DNA of 64,000 nucleotides from Eledone cirrhosa. Taxonomy: Eukaryota. Location: the NCBI GenBank assembly GCA_964016885.1, contig OZ024757.1:43524001-43588000 (forward strand), read 5' to 3'. Made by a program: the position numbers and the translations under genes. Every line of letters begins with the position of its first letter. The stretch's first letter is position 1. The notes under the pieces are model-generated. The model did not search any database. It saw nothing but the letters and a program-made list of their open reading frames with translations, and was not told the origin of the DNA. This document shows, piece by piece, positions 1-20,023 of this stretch.

Positions 1-4588
<4,588 letters not shown>

Positions 4589-4643
4589 TGTTAGAACACG
4601 AAAAGTGTGAAACAACAGAATGTTCACTTTTCGTGTTCTAACA
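4589..4643. repeat. Perfect 19-bp inverted repeat at the end of the TA array
   Basis: tgttagaacacgaaaagtg (4589-4607) / cacttttcgtgttctaaca (4625-4643). Confidence 0.9.
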
Positions 4644-5998
4644 TATATGCCTAGCTTCTTTAAAAAATTTTCGGGGATAGCCGTGGTGGTGGTGATCGTA
4701 TGTCATTGGCTAATTTTCAACCAATCAGAGTACCTCTCTCTATATCTCTTCCACTGTTACTTACGCCTGTTTCTCTCTATCTGTTCCGTCTCTATATATA
4801 TCTCTTACTCTTTCGCTTTGCACTCCTCCCTTTCAATACCATCTCTCCCCCTCTCTATATATTTGTTACTCTATCGCTGCACGCTCCTCTCCTTCAATAT
4901 ATCAATTACACACGCTTTACACTCCTTTATCCCCAGCGCCCTATATATACACCCCCCTCTCCCGCATCTATATTTTAATGTACCGTTGCACCGTGAATAT
5001 ATGTGTCTATCTATATATATACACATATATATTGTATATACACATTCATGTATGTGTATACACACTCATGTATGTATATACACTGGTTTTATGTGTGTAT
5101 TGTAAATTTGTACTGTTAAAACACGAAACTAACATTCGATTGACACTTTGATTACCTGTACAGGCAATAGTTATTAGAATGCTGTTGAAGTGTGTATATA
5201 TTTTTGGGGGACATCCTGTATATACACACATTATATATAATACAACAAACAGATAATACACACATATATATATGAGCTTATTTAATTATAAATATTGTGA
5301 ATTTTTAACTCAGTTCAATTATATATATAAATGGCTTCTACAGGACTAGAACTGTTTCATTCGAAAGAAATCATCATAATATTGAGAGGGGGGACTAGAT
5401 AAAATATTTCAAATCCAATGTGTATAAGTTATAAGTTAAAATGTATAAATAGAGACGATAGTGGAGGTATATCTGTTTAGTGGAACAGTAGACGATAGAA
5501 TTAAATACAGACGATAATCTCCCTTTAATGAAACAGCAGACGATAGAATTAAGGCAATTTAAATTTTAAGCATTTGCATTTTCGCATTTCATCGTTACGG
5601 GGTCGATAAAATAAAGTACCAGTAATACACTGTCACTATAAGTAGACGACTTTCAAATTGAATTGTTGGTTCCATTTCTTTAGTATTTTCAATTGTAGTT
5701 ATCTACTTAAAAAGCGTTACACGGTTAGCGACATAATTGGTAAGTTATATCTTCCCTATTAAACCATTGCATTATTTCGCCTACAATAGAACAAAAATGA
5801 AATGTTCTTTAAAGAAACAGGAATATAACTTTATAAAAAAAAAAGTTGCATCCGCTTCTTTTATCATTGATAATTTTTTCGTTTTAATATTAATTGTTTT
5901 TTGTAGTTGTTTATATTAAAAATCTTACTGTAATATTTACTTAAACGAAGGCAAACATCTAAACTTATAGATTAATCTTGAGCGAAGGACTAGATAAA

Positions 5999-6032
<34 letters not shown>

Positions 6033-6424
6033 AACGAAGAATGATAAAATTTCAAGCAAAGAGTTTAATTAGGTATATTTTGTAATATTATTAACTAATT
6101 ATTATAATTAACGCGCATATTTTGCTATCCTCAAACACGTTTACACATGGCATGAAATATAACTAATCCGAGATGGCTAGGTTTCATCTTCTAACTGGAT
6201 ATACGAAATCCATTATGTCTTGACAACAACATGAGGTAACATTATGTTATTCACAGACACACTTTGTACACTGTTTCATATCAGAATGTATTTCCTTCGT
6301 CACATTCACAAACAGTATTGAAAATATGTTCTTCGGCAAATAAAAATGTTTTGTTCATAATATTTCAACTAGCGATTGCTCTACTCCACGCACGACCACC
6401 ATAAATTAATGACCAGCTCAACAC

Positions 6425-6600
6425 AAGTATTGGTAGAGCGTCAGACACCATGCTTTGCAGTATTGTTATGGTCCTTTGCATTCTAAGTTCAAATCCTGCC
6501 GAGGTTAACTTCGACTTTCATACTTACTAATTCGATAAAATAAAGTACCAGTAATGGACTGCCGTAATGGATTTGTGCCGAAAAATAGAAACACTATTAA
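6425..6600 (+). mobile_element. tRNA-derived SINE, degenerate; related fragment at ~5570-5632
   Basis: A-box-like ttggtagagcg, B-box gttcaaatcc, and a body motif tcgataaaataaagtaccagt shared with other copies. Confidence 0.7.
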
Positions 6601-7100
6601 TGTGCAATAAGAGCAAAATATAACGACATTGCTCAATTATTTTATCTAATGTTGTAATAACACAAGGAAATGTTGTTTGTGTATTTTGTTTTATATTTGC
6701 TCATAGGCTTTTACAATTTCGCTCAGCCAACAACTATTAAAAAGTGAGTTGCTTAAGATAACAATTTAATCACAAATTGTTGCTATCTTTTAATACACTC
6801 CAACAAGTCATCAAATTATGTACAATAAAAACAAATCTTATTAATTTGCTCAGGGAATATAAAGAAAATGTATATACACTGATAATTGCAATTGTATGTA
6901 AATATTTTGTATTTGTATTGTATATTTTATGTTTTCTATTATGTATAATATATTGATTTAATATTGATTGTTTTTTGTAGTTGTTTATATTAAAAGTCTG
7001 AAAATATTTTTATACATCTTACACTAATATTTATAAGATAATTTATAATAACAATTACATAATCTAATTACATTACAACGATAATTTATTATTAATATAT

Positions 7101-7152
7101 ATCAAACCGCCAGACTCTTTCAAAAACGAAAGAGAGGCGGTTTTCCTCTGTA
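7101..7152 (+). mobile_element. Short Tx1/L1 ORF2 fragment
   Basis: Translates IKPPDSFKNEREAVFLC versus IKPPPSFKNEGEAVFLC in the Tx1 copy at 23096-24592. Confidence 0.8.
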
Positions 7153-7270
7153 CGGTGGACATTTTAGAAAGAGATATATCCAGTTTCTGGTGTATATATT
7201 ATAAAAAACAAAACATCATTTATTTTTAAGAATTTCTTGTTTCAAATCCTAAATTCTTAGGTTTATTATT

Positions 7271-10200
7271 TACAATATTGGCGAAGAATGGGGACAGGCC
7301 TATTCTCACCCACCTTACAATATTGGCGAAGAATGGGGACAGGCCTATTCTCACCCACCTGTGCACCAACTTGTTGGAAGCCAGCACTTCCCTCTCCACC
7401 CATGGGGAACAGGCCTATTCTCACCCACCTTTGCACAAACTTGCTGGGAGCCAGCACTTCCCTCTCCACCCATAGGGAACAGGCCTATTCTCACCCACCT
7501 TTGCACCAACTTGTTGGAAGCCAGCACTTCCCTCTCCACCCATGGGGAACAGGCCTATTCTCACCCACCTTTGCACAAACTTGTTGGAAGCCAGCACTTC
7601 CCTCTCCACCCATGGGGAACAGGCCTATTCTCACCCACCTTTGCACAAACTTGCTGGAAGCCAGCACTTCCCTCTCCACCCATGGGGAACAGGCCTATTC
7701 TCACCCACCTTTGCACAAACTTGCTGGGAGCCAGCACTTCCCTCTCCACCCATAGGGAACAGGCCTATTCTCACCCACCTTTGCACCAACTTGTTGGAAG
7801 CCAGCACTTCCCTCTCCACCCATGGGGAACAGGCCTATTCTCACCCACCTTTGCACAAACTTGTTGGAAGCCAGCACTTCCCTCTCCACCCATGGGGAAC
7901 AGGCCTATTCTCACCCACCTTTGCACAAACTTGTTGGAAGCCAGCACTTCCCTCTCCACCCATGGGGAACAGGCCTATTCTCACCCACCTTTGCACCAAC
8001 TTGTTGGAAGCCAGCACTTCCCTCTCCACCCATGGGGAACAGGCCTATTCTCACCCACCTTTGCACAAACTTGCTGGGAGCCAGCACTTCCCTCTCCACC
8101 CATAGGGAACAGGCCTATTCTCACCCACCTTTGCACCAACTTGTTGGAAGCCAGCACTTCCCTCTCCACCCATGGGGAACAGGCCTATTCTCACCCACCT
8201 TTGCACAAACTTGGTGGAAGCCAGCACTTCCCTCTCCACCCATGGGGAACAGGCCTATTCTCACCCACCTTTGCACAAACTTGCTGGAAGCCAGCACTTC
8301 CCTCTCCACCCATGGGGAACAGGCCTATTCTCACCCACCTTTGCACAAACTTGCTGGAAGCCAGCACTTCCCTCTCCACCCATGGGGAACAGGCCTATTC
8401 TCACCCACCTTTGCACAAACTTGCTGGAAGCCAGCACTTCCCTCTCCACCCATGGGGAACAGGCCTATTCTCACCCACCTTTGCACAAACTTGCTGGAAG
8501 CCAGCACTTCCCTCTCCACCCATGGGGAACAGGCATATTCTCACCCACCTTTGCACAAACTTGCTGGAAGCCAGCACTTCCCTCTCCACCCACAGGGAAC
8601 AGGCCTATTCTCACCCACCTTTGCACAAACTTGTTGGAAGCCAGCACTTCCCTCTCCACCCATGGGGAACAGGCCTATTCTCACCCACCTTTGCACAAAC
8701 TTGTTGGAAGCCAGCACTTCCCTCTCCACCCATGGGGAACAGGCCTATTCTCAGCCACCTTTGCACAAACTTGTTGGAAGTCAGCACTTCCCTCTCCACC
8801 CATGGGGAACAGGCCTATTCTCACCCACCTTTGCACAAACTTTTTGGAAGCCAGCACTTCCCTCTCCACCCATGGGGAACAGGCCTATTCTCACCCACCT
8901 TTGCACAAACTTGTTGGAAGCCAGCACTTCCCTCTCCACCCATGGGGAACAGGCCTATTCTCACCCACCTTTGCACCAACTTGTTGGAAGCCAGCACTTC
9001 CCTCTCCACCCATGGGGAACAGGCCTATTCTCACCCACCTTTGCACAAACTTGTTGGAAGCCAGCACTTCCCTCTCCACCCATGGGGAACAGGCCTATTC
9101 TCACCCACCTTTGCACAAACTTGTTGGAAGTCAGCACTTCCCTCTCCACCCATGGGGAACAGGCCTATTCTCACCCACCTTTGCACAAACTTGTTGGAAG
9201 CCAGCACTTCCCTCTCCACCCATGGGGAACAGGCCTATTCTCACCCACCTTTGCACAAACTTGTTGGAAGCCAGCACTTCCCTCTCCACCCATGGGGAAC
9301 AGGCCTATTCTCACCCACCTTTGCACCAACTTGTTGGAAGCCAGCACTTCCCTCTCCACCCATGGGGAACAGGCCTATTCTCACCCACCTTTGCACAAAC
9401 TTGTTGGAAGCCAGCACTTCCCTCTCCACCCATGGGGAACAGGCCTATTCTCACCCACCTTTGCACAAACTTGTTGGAAGCCAGCACTTCCCTCTCCACC
9501 CATGGGGAACAGGCCTATTCTCACCCACCTTTGCACAAACTTGTTGGAAGTCAGCACTTCCCTCTCCACCCATGGGGAACAGGCCTATTCTCACCCACCT
9601 TTGCACAAACTTGTTGGAAGCCAGCACTTCCCTCTCCACCCATGGGGAACAGGCCTATTCTCACCCACCTTTGCACAAACTTGTTGGAAGCCAGCACTTC
9701 CCTCTCCACCCATGGGGAACAGGCCTATTCTCACCCACCTTTGCACAAACTTGTTGGAAGCCAGCACTTCCCTCTCCACCCATGGGGAACAGGCCTATTC
9801 TCACCCACCTTTGCACAAACTTGCTGGGAGCCAGCACTTCCCTCTCCACCCATAGGGAACAGGCCTATTCTCACCCACCTTTGCACCAACTTGTTGGAAG
9901 CCAGCACTTCCCTCTCCACCCATGGGGAACAGGCCTATTCTCACCCACCTTTGCACAAACTTGCTGGGAGCCAGCACTTCCCTCTCCACCCATAGGGAAC
10001 AGGCCTATTCTCACCCACCTTTGCACCAACTTGTTGGAAGCCAGCACTTCCCTCTCCACCCATGGGGAACAGGCCTATTCTCACCCACATTTGCACAAAC
10101 TTGTTGGAAGCGAGCACTTCCCTCTCCACCCATGGGGAACAGGCCTATTCTCACCCACCTTTGCACCAACTTGTTGGAAGCCAGCACTTCCCTCTCCACC

Positions 10201-12240
10201 CATGGGGAACAGGCCTATTCTCACCCACCTTTGCACAAACTTGCTGGGAGCCAGCACTTCCCTCTCCACCCATAGGGAACAGGCCTATTCTCACCCACCT
10301 TTGCACCAACTTGTTGGAAGCCAGCACTTCCCTCTCCACCCATGGGGAACAGGCCTATTCTCACCCACCTTTGCACCAACTTGTTGGAAGCCAGCACTTC
10401 CCTCTCCACCCATGGGGAACAGGCCTATTCTCACCCACCTTTGCACAAACTTGTTGGAAGCCAGCACTTCCCTCTCCACCCATGGGGAACAGGCCTATTC
10501 TCACCCACCTTTGCACAAACTTGCTGGAAGCCAGCACTTCCCTCTCCACCCATGGGGAACAGGCATATTCTCACCCACCTTTGCACAAACTTGCTGGGAG
10601 CCAGCACTTCCCTCTCCACCCATAGGGAACAGGCCTATTCTCACCCACCTTTGCACAAACTTGTTGGAAGCCAGCACTTCCCTCTCCACCCATGGGGAAC
10701 AGGCCTATTCTCACCCACCTTTGCACAAACTTGTTGGAAGCCAGCACTTCCCTCTCCACCCATGGGGAACAGGCCTATTCTCACCCACCTTTGCACAAAC
10801 TTGTTGGAAGTCAGCACTTCCCTCTCCACCCATGGGGAACAGGCCTATTCTCACCCACCTTTGCACAAACTTGTTGGAAGCCAGCACTTCCCTCTCCACC
10901 CATGGGGAACAGGCCTATTCTCACCCACCTTTGCACAAACTTGTTGGAAGCCAGCACTTCCCTCTCCACCCATGGGGAACAGGCCTATTCTCACCCACCT
11001 TTGCACCAACTTGTTGGAAGCCAGCACTTCCCTCTCCACCCATGGGGAACAGGCCTATTCTCACCCACCTTTGCACAAACTTGCTGGAAGCCAGCACTTC
11101 CCTCTCCACCCATAGGGAACAGGCCTATTCTCACCCACCTTTGCACCAACTTGTTGGAAGCCAGCACTTCCCTCTCCACCCATGGGGAACAGGCCTATTC
11201 TCACCCCCCTTTGCACCAACTTGTTGGAAGCCAGCACTTCCCTCTCCACCTCTCCACCCATGGGGAACAGGCCTATTCTCACCCACCTTTGCACCAACTT
11301 GTTGGAAGCCAGCACTTCCCTCTCCACCCATGGGGAACAGGCCTATTCTCACCCACCTTTGCACAAACTTGTTGGAAGCCAGCACTTCCCTCTCCACCCA
11401 TGGGGAACATGCCTATTCTCACCCACCTTTGCACAAACTTGTTGGAAGCCAGCACTTCCCTCTCCACCCATGGGGAACAGGCCTATTCTCACCCACCTTT
11501 GCACAAACTTGCTGGGAGCCAGCACTTTCCTCTCCACCCATAGGGAACAGGCCTATTCTCACCCACCTTTGCACAAACTTGTTGGAAGCCAGCACTTCCC
11601 TCTCCACCCATGGGGAACAGGCCTATTCTCACCCACCTTTGCACAAACTTGCTGGGAGCCAGCACTTCCCTCTCCACCCATAGGGAACAGGCCTATTCTC
11701 ACCCACCTTTGCACCAACTTGTTGGAAGCCAGCACTTCCCTCTCCACCCATGGGGAACAGGCCTATTCTCACCCACCTTTGCACCAACTTGTTGGAAGCC
11801 AGCACTTCCCTCTCCACCCATCGGGAACAGGCCTATTCTCACCCACCTTTGCACAAACTTGTTGGAAGCCAGCACTTCCCTCTCCACCCATGGGGAACAG
11901 GCCTATTCTCACCCACCTTTGCACCAACTTGCTGGAAGCCAACACTTCCCTCTCTACCCATGGGGAACAGGCCTATTTTCACCCACCTTTGCACAAACTT
12001 GCTGGAAGCCAGCACTTCCCTCTCCACCCATGGGGAACAGGCCTATTCTCACCCACCTTTGCACCAACTTGCTGGAAGCCAGCACTTCCCTCTCCACCCA
12101 TGGGGAACAGGCATATTCTCACCCACCTTTGCACAAACTTGCTGGAAGCCAGCACTTCCCTCTCCACCCATGGGGAACAGGCCTATTCTCACCCACCTTT
12201 GCACCAACTTGCTGGAAGCCAGCACTTCCCTCTCCACCCA
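7271..12240. repeat. 70-bp tandem satellite, ~70 near-identical copies, preceded by a 45-bp duplicated lead-in
   Basis: Unit catggggaacaggcctattctcacccacctttgcacaaacttgttggaagccagcacttccctctccacc; one 8-bp slip near 11250; no unique spacers. Confidence 0.98.
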
Positions 12241-12257
12241 GATTTTTTCTTAATAAT

Positions 12258-12440
12258 AATAATTGTTTTTACTTTAGCCACAAGGCCAGCAATTTTAGGG
12301 GAGGGGAACGTCGATTAAATTGATTCCAGTGTATTACTGGTGCTTTGTTTTATCAACCCCTCTAAAGATGAAAGGTAAAGCTAAGTTTAGCTAGATTTGA
12401 ACTCAGAAGGTAAAAATCCACAAGGAAATTTTAACCGATG
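12258..12440 (-). mobile_element. tRNA-derived SINE, degenerate
   Basis: Reverse B-box (gatttgaactcag) and body shared with 12745-12880 and 60225-60352. Confidence 0.65.
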
Positions 12441-12474
12441 CTCCACAGATTCAGGCAGTCCACCATCCTAATTA

Positions 12475-12715
12475 TTTATTTATTAGCCACACAGGACTGA
12501 CATTAAGTAAACAATAAATACGGCGCAGTACGGTAAAGTGGTGGGGTTTAGGGTGGGGGGTCTCAGAGGCTTGCCCATGGAGAAACCCACAAAAAGCCAC
12601 GGCCACCCTGATCGTTAGGGCAAGTGATCCTCTCCCAGTTTTCCTTCTTAAATGTACATATGAATGCTCAAAGCAAGCCCATTTAATCGGGTCATGCACG
12701 CCACAACAATAATAA
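12475..12715 (-). mobile_element. Probable Tx1/L1 3' UTR fragment
   Basis: Minus-strand end cctgtgtggctaataaataaat resembles the cccctgtggctaataaagaaat 3' end of the Tx1 copy at ~22860. Confidence 0.5.
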
Positions 12716-12744
12716 TTGTTGGGGTGGAGGAGAGAAAAGGCAAT

Positions 12745-12880
12745 AATTGTTTCTACTTTTGGCACAAGGCCAGCAATTACTCATTACATCACTGGTACTT
12801 TATTTTATCGACCCCGTAAGGATGAAAGGCAAAGTCAACCTCGGCGGGATTTGAACTCAGATCATAAATGGGCGTAACTA
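12745..12880 (-). mobile_element. tRNA-derived SINE, 3' part
   Basis: Near-identical to 60225-60352. Confidence 0.75.
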
Positions 12881-13134
12881 TGGTGGAAAGCATGGCGTCC
12901 GACCCTCTAAAGGGAAAGAAGATAAAGTTGTCTTCGATACGGTTTTAAAACCAAAACATAAACAACTGTTAACTTAATAAAACTGTAAAGTATTTTGTCT
13001 AATGGACTAACCAGTCTGTCACTACTCCCACTTCACTTCAATGCATTACTGGTACTTAATCAGTAGGAAGAAAAACAAAGTTGACCTTAGCAGGGCTTTA
13101 AAAAGTGACATAGAGATTGACATCAGTACTTAAT

Positions 13135-15266
<2,132 letters not shown>

Positions 15267-15764
15267 GTGTGTGTGGCATACCTTAAGACGGGCGTTGCAG
15301 AAAGTGAAAGTTAATTGTTTGACAACAATGTGAATTTTTTTTTTTTTTTTTTTTTACAATGAAAGTTACGATACACACGCAATTGTATGGATTTCTTAAT
15401 ATATATATGTGTGGGTGTGTATATGTGTGTCTGTATGTATATATATATGTGTGTTTGTATATATATATGTGCTTGTGTCATCATCATCGTTTCACGTCTA
15501 TCTAAAGAAAAAATAATCACACACGCAATACTAATTAACACCATATCACTATAGACACCTGTTGTAAATAAACAAACAAACACACATATATATATATACA
15601 TACAGACACACATATACACACCCACACATATATATATTAAGAAATCCATACAATTGCGTGTGTATCGTAACTTTCATTGTAAAAAAAAAAAAAAACCCAA
15701 ACAAATTCACATTGTTGTCAAACAATTTACTTTCACTTTCCGCATCGCCCGTCTTAAGGTATGC

Positions 15765-15777
<13 letters not shown>
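15267..15777. mobile_element. Foldback/MITE-like element: ~200-bp inverted arms with ~120-bp spacer, flanked by (TA)n
   Basis: 15267-15457 is the reverse complement of ~15577-15777 with few mismatches. Confidence 0.75.
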
Positions 15778-15819
<42 letters not shown>

Positions 15820-15955
15820 ATACAATATCGGAGAAAGGTTTTTAGCGATACTCCGGCCAAATTGCAACTCACTCAACAAACATTAGGAAATAAGTGATTA
15901 TATTCCCAATTATGCGTTCGGGGTGCTAACTAAAAGTATTGCGTAGAAAATTGGT

Positions 15956-15990
<35 letters not shown>

Positions 15991-16974
15991 CTACAACACT
16001 ATTAGCTGTCAATTGATAACCATGACTATGAAAATATAAATGATTAAATCCAATTTATTTGATAACCATGACTTGTTTTCTAATTAACTTAAATTTGTTT
16101 TCTAATTTGGCCCGTTTAAGGGCCACCTATATTTTCATTTAAGTAACTCCACTTACATCTATATGCTTTAATAAAAAACAAAACCAAAAAAAAACTCCAC
16201 TTACGCGTGGTAGTAATACGGAAATAGCTTCGTAGTGCCTTATTATAATATATATATATATCAACTTACGTAGAGATAGCTTCACTTTCGAGTTTATATG
16301 TCTGTGTGTTATGGATAAAGTCGATTGATGTGTGGTGGTCCGTAGGTGTGGTGTTAGTTAATTATCGACACTTCCACAGTCATGTGATATATGTATGTAT
16401 CCGTGTATAATGACACAAGCTGATGTGAGAGGGGTAAGCGTGGAGGAGTGACAGGTTATACCGTAATATCTTAGGTGCTTGGTTCGTACTACTATTTCTA
16501 CCACCACTACTATTACTACTACCACTACAACTGCTACCATACTATACTATTAGCCCCACTGGTCAATAAAGAAATAATTATTAAACCTGTTTACACGCAA
16601 CCCCACCCCACATACATACAGAGAGAGAGGAGTGAACATGGTAGAGAGAGGGAGGGGTAGAAAGGAAGACAGAGTTAGAGAGAAGGCGGGGGGAAGGGAC
16701 GTAGTCAAAGATAAGAAAGAGACGAAGGAAAATTAGAGAAACTTGAAAATAATAGAGAGGGGGGGGGGGGCTGTCGCGAGATAGAGGGGGTGTAGAGCTG
16801 CCGTGGGAGGGGGATTGCCGGAAGTTAGGGGATGCCTGACCGGAAGCAGCAGGACAGCGACGACTCGAGGGATGAGGCCATGGAACAGCCCACTCTGGGC
16901 TATATGCCCTGCGAGGTGACGGACGAGTGAAAACACCCTACGTGGGCGGTGGAACCAGCAACAGAGAGACACAA

Positions 16975-17940
16975 AGTTAGTCCGAATGCCTCCAGCTACA
17001 AGCTATTAAACATTCTATTACAACTATGGAATTTACACCTGCAATGCTGTGACGTCACCTTAAAAATAAATGCAACCATGCCTCTCCTGGTCTTGATGGT
17101 GTTATGTACCTGCTTCTCGAACATGGTGGGTACTTCCTTCTGCACCAGCTATCATGCTTCTTCTAATTCTGTCTGAACAACGGAGCTACTCCAGAGCAGT
17201 GGAAAACTGCCAGTGTCATTCCTCTATTCAAAAAGGGTGACCGCACATCACCTGTCAACTATCGTCCAGTCAGTCTTACTAGCTGCATTGCCAAACTGAT
17301 GGAATCCTGTGTCCAAAGTTCCAAAGAGAAACACTTTGGTACTTCTAGAACTCTCACAGTCTTATCCGGCCCTCGCAATTTGGATCAACTTACTGTGATC
17401 AGCTGCTGTGATCAACTTACCAAGTTTCTTGAAGACATCACCCGGATCACTGATTGCAGCTCATGGGTGGATGTTGTTTACCTTGACTTTGCTAAAGCTT
17501 TCAATTTTGTGCCACACAAAAGACTTATGGCAAAACATCTGCAATGGGTGTGAAGGATGATCTTTTTAACTGGTTGAAGTCCTTCATTCTCAGTTGAAGG
17601 GAGGTAATCACGGTTCTAGGACAGCATTCTTCACCATATGAGATGTCATCTGGTGTACCACAGGGATCTGTTCTTGGCCACCTTTTGTTTGTGGCATATA
17701 TTAATGACATAGATGCCAACTTAAAGAATGCCACAGTACCTTTGATTTCCATGTGTATAACACACGTGGGCATGCCAACAAAGTCAGAAAACAGCACAGC
17801 TCCCATGACTTTCGGAAACATTTTTTCACGCTCAGAGTTGCTGAAGCATGGAACAAACTACCTGCATCAGTTATTAGCTGTCGAGACACTGCATCCTTTA
17901 AAACCTCCATGCTTCCCGAGATTCGTCAACACTATACCTG
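16975..17940 (+). mobile_element. Decayed CR1/L2-type LINE RT fragments
   Basis: WKTASVIPLFKKGD..NYRPVSLTSC; VYLDFAKAF; SGVPQGSVLG; C-terminal NTRGH..RKHFFTLRVAEAWNKLP; stops and deletions present. Confidence 0.85.
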
Positions 17941-18036
17941 CTATCCCCCCCCCCCCCCCCTCCATACACGTGCACACATGTATTTCATGACTTGTACACT
18001 GTACACAATAATTTCATCATTATTATTATACCGAGG

Positions 18037-18126
18037 CATATCTGAGGATCTTTCAATTCCGGGGTCAGGTTTGATCAATAATAGGCCGTTTCTTGAGCTG
18101 ATCCACAGTGAAACATATGTAATATG
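18037..18126 (+). ncRNA. Type I hammerhead ribozyme motif with a long stem II insertion
   Basis: catat-CTGAGGA-...-GAAA-catatg-TA-atatg; stem I catat/atatg; palindromic stem III; GUA cleavage triplet. Confidence 0.6.
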
Positions 18127-18256
18127 TTATTAAATACTGACTCTTTGTTCCTTTATTCGTATAGTATTATACTCTGCTCTGCGCAAGCATCGAGTGCTCA
18201 CCAGGCATACCACTTACGGACACAATTTTGTGTGTATTATATATATACATAATACA

Positions 18257-20023
18257 CACCAAAGACTGGTGCAGCAGTATTCTCATAAATTGCTACAAAG
18301 GTAAAGGGGATGCTCTGGAGAGCAGCAATTATAGGGGTATAAAACTGATGGATCAGGTTATGAAAGTGGCAGAAAGGATATTAGCACAACTAATTAGAGA
18401 AAGGGTCAAACTAGATGAGATGCAGTTTGGTTTTGTGCCTGGGAAAAGTACAACAGATCCTTCTTGGTGAGACAATTACAAGAGAGGTTCTTAGAGAAGA
18501 ATAAGCCACTATACTTAGCCTTTGTTGACCTAGAGAAGGCCTTTGATAGGGTACCCGATCTGTAATCTGGTGGTCCCTAAGGAAACTAGGTGTTGAAGAA
18601 TGGCTTGTTTGTACAGAGGTGCTGTCAGTAAAGTCAGGGTAGGAATCGAGTTTAGTGAGGAATTCCAGATACAAGTAGGAGTACATCAGGGTTCGGTCCT
18701 CAGCCCGCTTTTGTTCATTATAGTCTCCAAGCCATAACAGAGGAGTTTAAGACTGGCTGTCCATGGGAACTTCTCTATGCTGACGATCTGGTTCTTATAG
18801 CAGAATCAGTAGAGGAGCTAGAGAATAAATTCTGGCTCTGGAAACAGCAGTTGGAAGCAAGAGGTCTGAGAGTGAACCTCGCTAAGACAAAAGTGTTGAT
18901 GAGTAGAAAAGAGGACAAAACCCTGATTCCGTCAGGGGAAATGGCCATGTCCGATATGCAGAAAAGGAACTGGCATAAATTCTATAAAATGCACACAATG
19001 CAGATCCTGGGTACACAAGAGATGTAGTAGGGTAGCAGGCAAACCAACAGGTAGGGAGAAATATGTATGCAGTAGATGTACAGGGAAATTAGATAGTAGA
19101 AGCCGCATTGATAGACACATTTTTCAAATGCAGGCGGTTGCTATAGAAGTGGTTGATAGCGTCCGGTACCTAGGAGATCAGATTAGCATGGGAAGAGGGT
19201 GTTCCGAGGCCATAGTATCTAGAATAAGGACGGGTTGGAAGAAGTTTAGGGAGCAGCTTCCTCTGCTGACGAAGAAGGTTTCTCCCTGTGTACGAAAGGC
19301 CGGTTATATGATGCCTGAGTGAGGTATGCGATGCTGCATGGTAGTGAGACATGGGCAGCAACTGCAGAGGATATGCGACGGCAGGAGAGAAATGAGGCAA
19401 GCATGCTCCGTTGGATGTGCAATGTCGATGTGCGTGAATGACCCAGCATGGATGTATTGAGAGAGAAACTGTGTCTGAGAGGGATAGAATGTAGTGTACG
19501 AGAGAGGAGACTGAGGTGGTATGGACATGTGATGCGCATGGAGGATGACAAATGGGTGAAGAAGTGCCAGTTGAAGGAAGACGTGATAGAGGTCATCATC
19601 ATCACCGTTTTACGTCCGTTCTTCCATGCTAGCATGGGTTAGACGGGTTGTCCTGTTGTGGGCAGTGTCTGGTCGGCTGACCATGCCTTGCTCATACAGG
19701 AACTGATTTGGCTTGATTTCTACAGCTGGATGCCCTTCCTAACACCAACCTCATTTACAGTGAGTGCTGGGTGCTTTTTCGTGGCGCCTACACGTCCACT
19801 TTACAGTGTGGGCTGGGTGCTTTTTTGCCGTGGCACCTCCACGACCACCTTGCGGTGGAGGTAGACCACGAAAAACATGGGCAGAGGTGGTGAGAACAGA
19901 CCTCAGATTGCTGAAGCTCACGGTGGAGATGACGAAGGACCGTGACAAGTAGAGAGATGCTGTGCTGAATAAGACCCGTCCCACCCTTGCAAGCAGGGAA
20001 AAGCGGACGTAAAATGATGATGA
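18257..20023 (+). mobile_element. RTE-clade LINE, family A, 5'-truncated and frameshifted, with a nested insertion
   Basis: NYRGIKL, QFGF, LAFVDLEK, ELLYADDL, PHD-like Cys/His segment, RLRWYGHV; (GAT)n tail. Confidence 0.93.
19593..19855 (-). mobile_element. 3'-end-only copy of RTE family C inserted into the family A copy
   Basis: Near-identical to 62317-62580; interrupts GRRGRGRP coding sequence with a short gagg duplication. Confidence 0.85.

Noticed and set aside
7271-12240. CRISPR array or 1440-aa repeat protein
   Set aside because: No unique spacers, no cas genes, eukaryotic context. The ORFs arise because the 70-bp unit is stop-poor and cycles through all frames.
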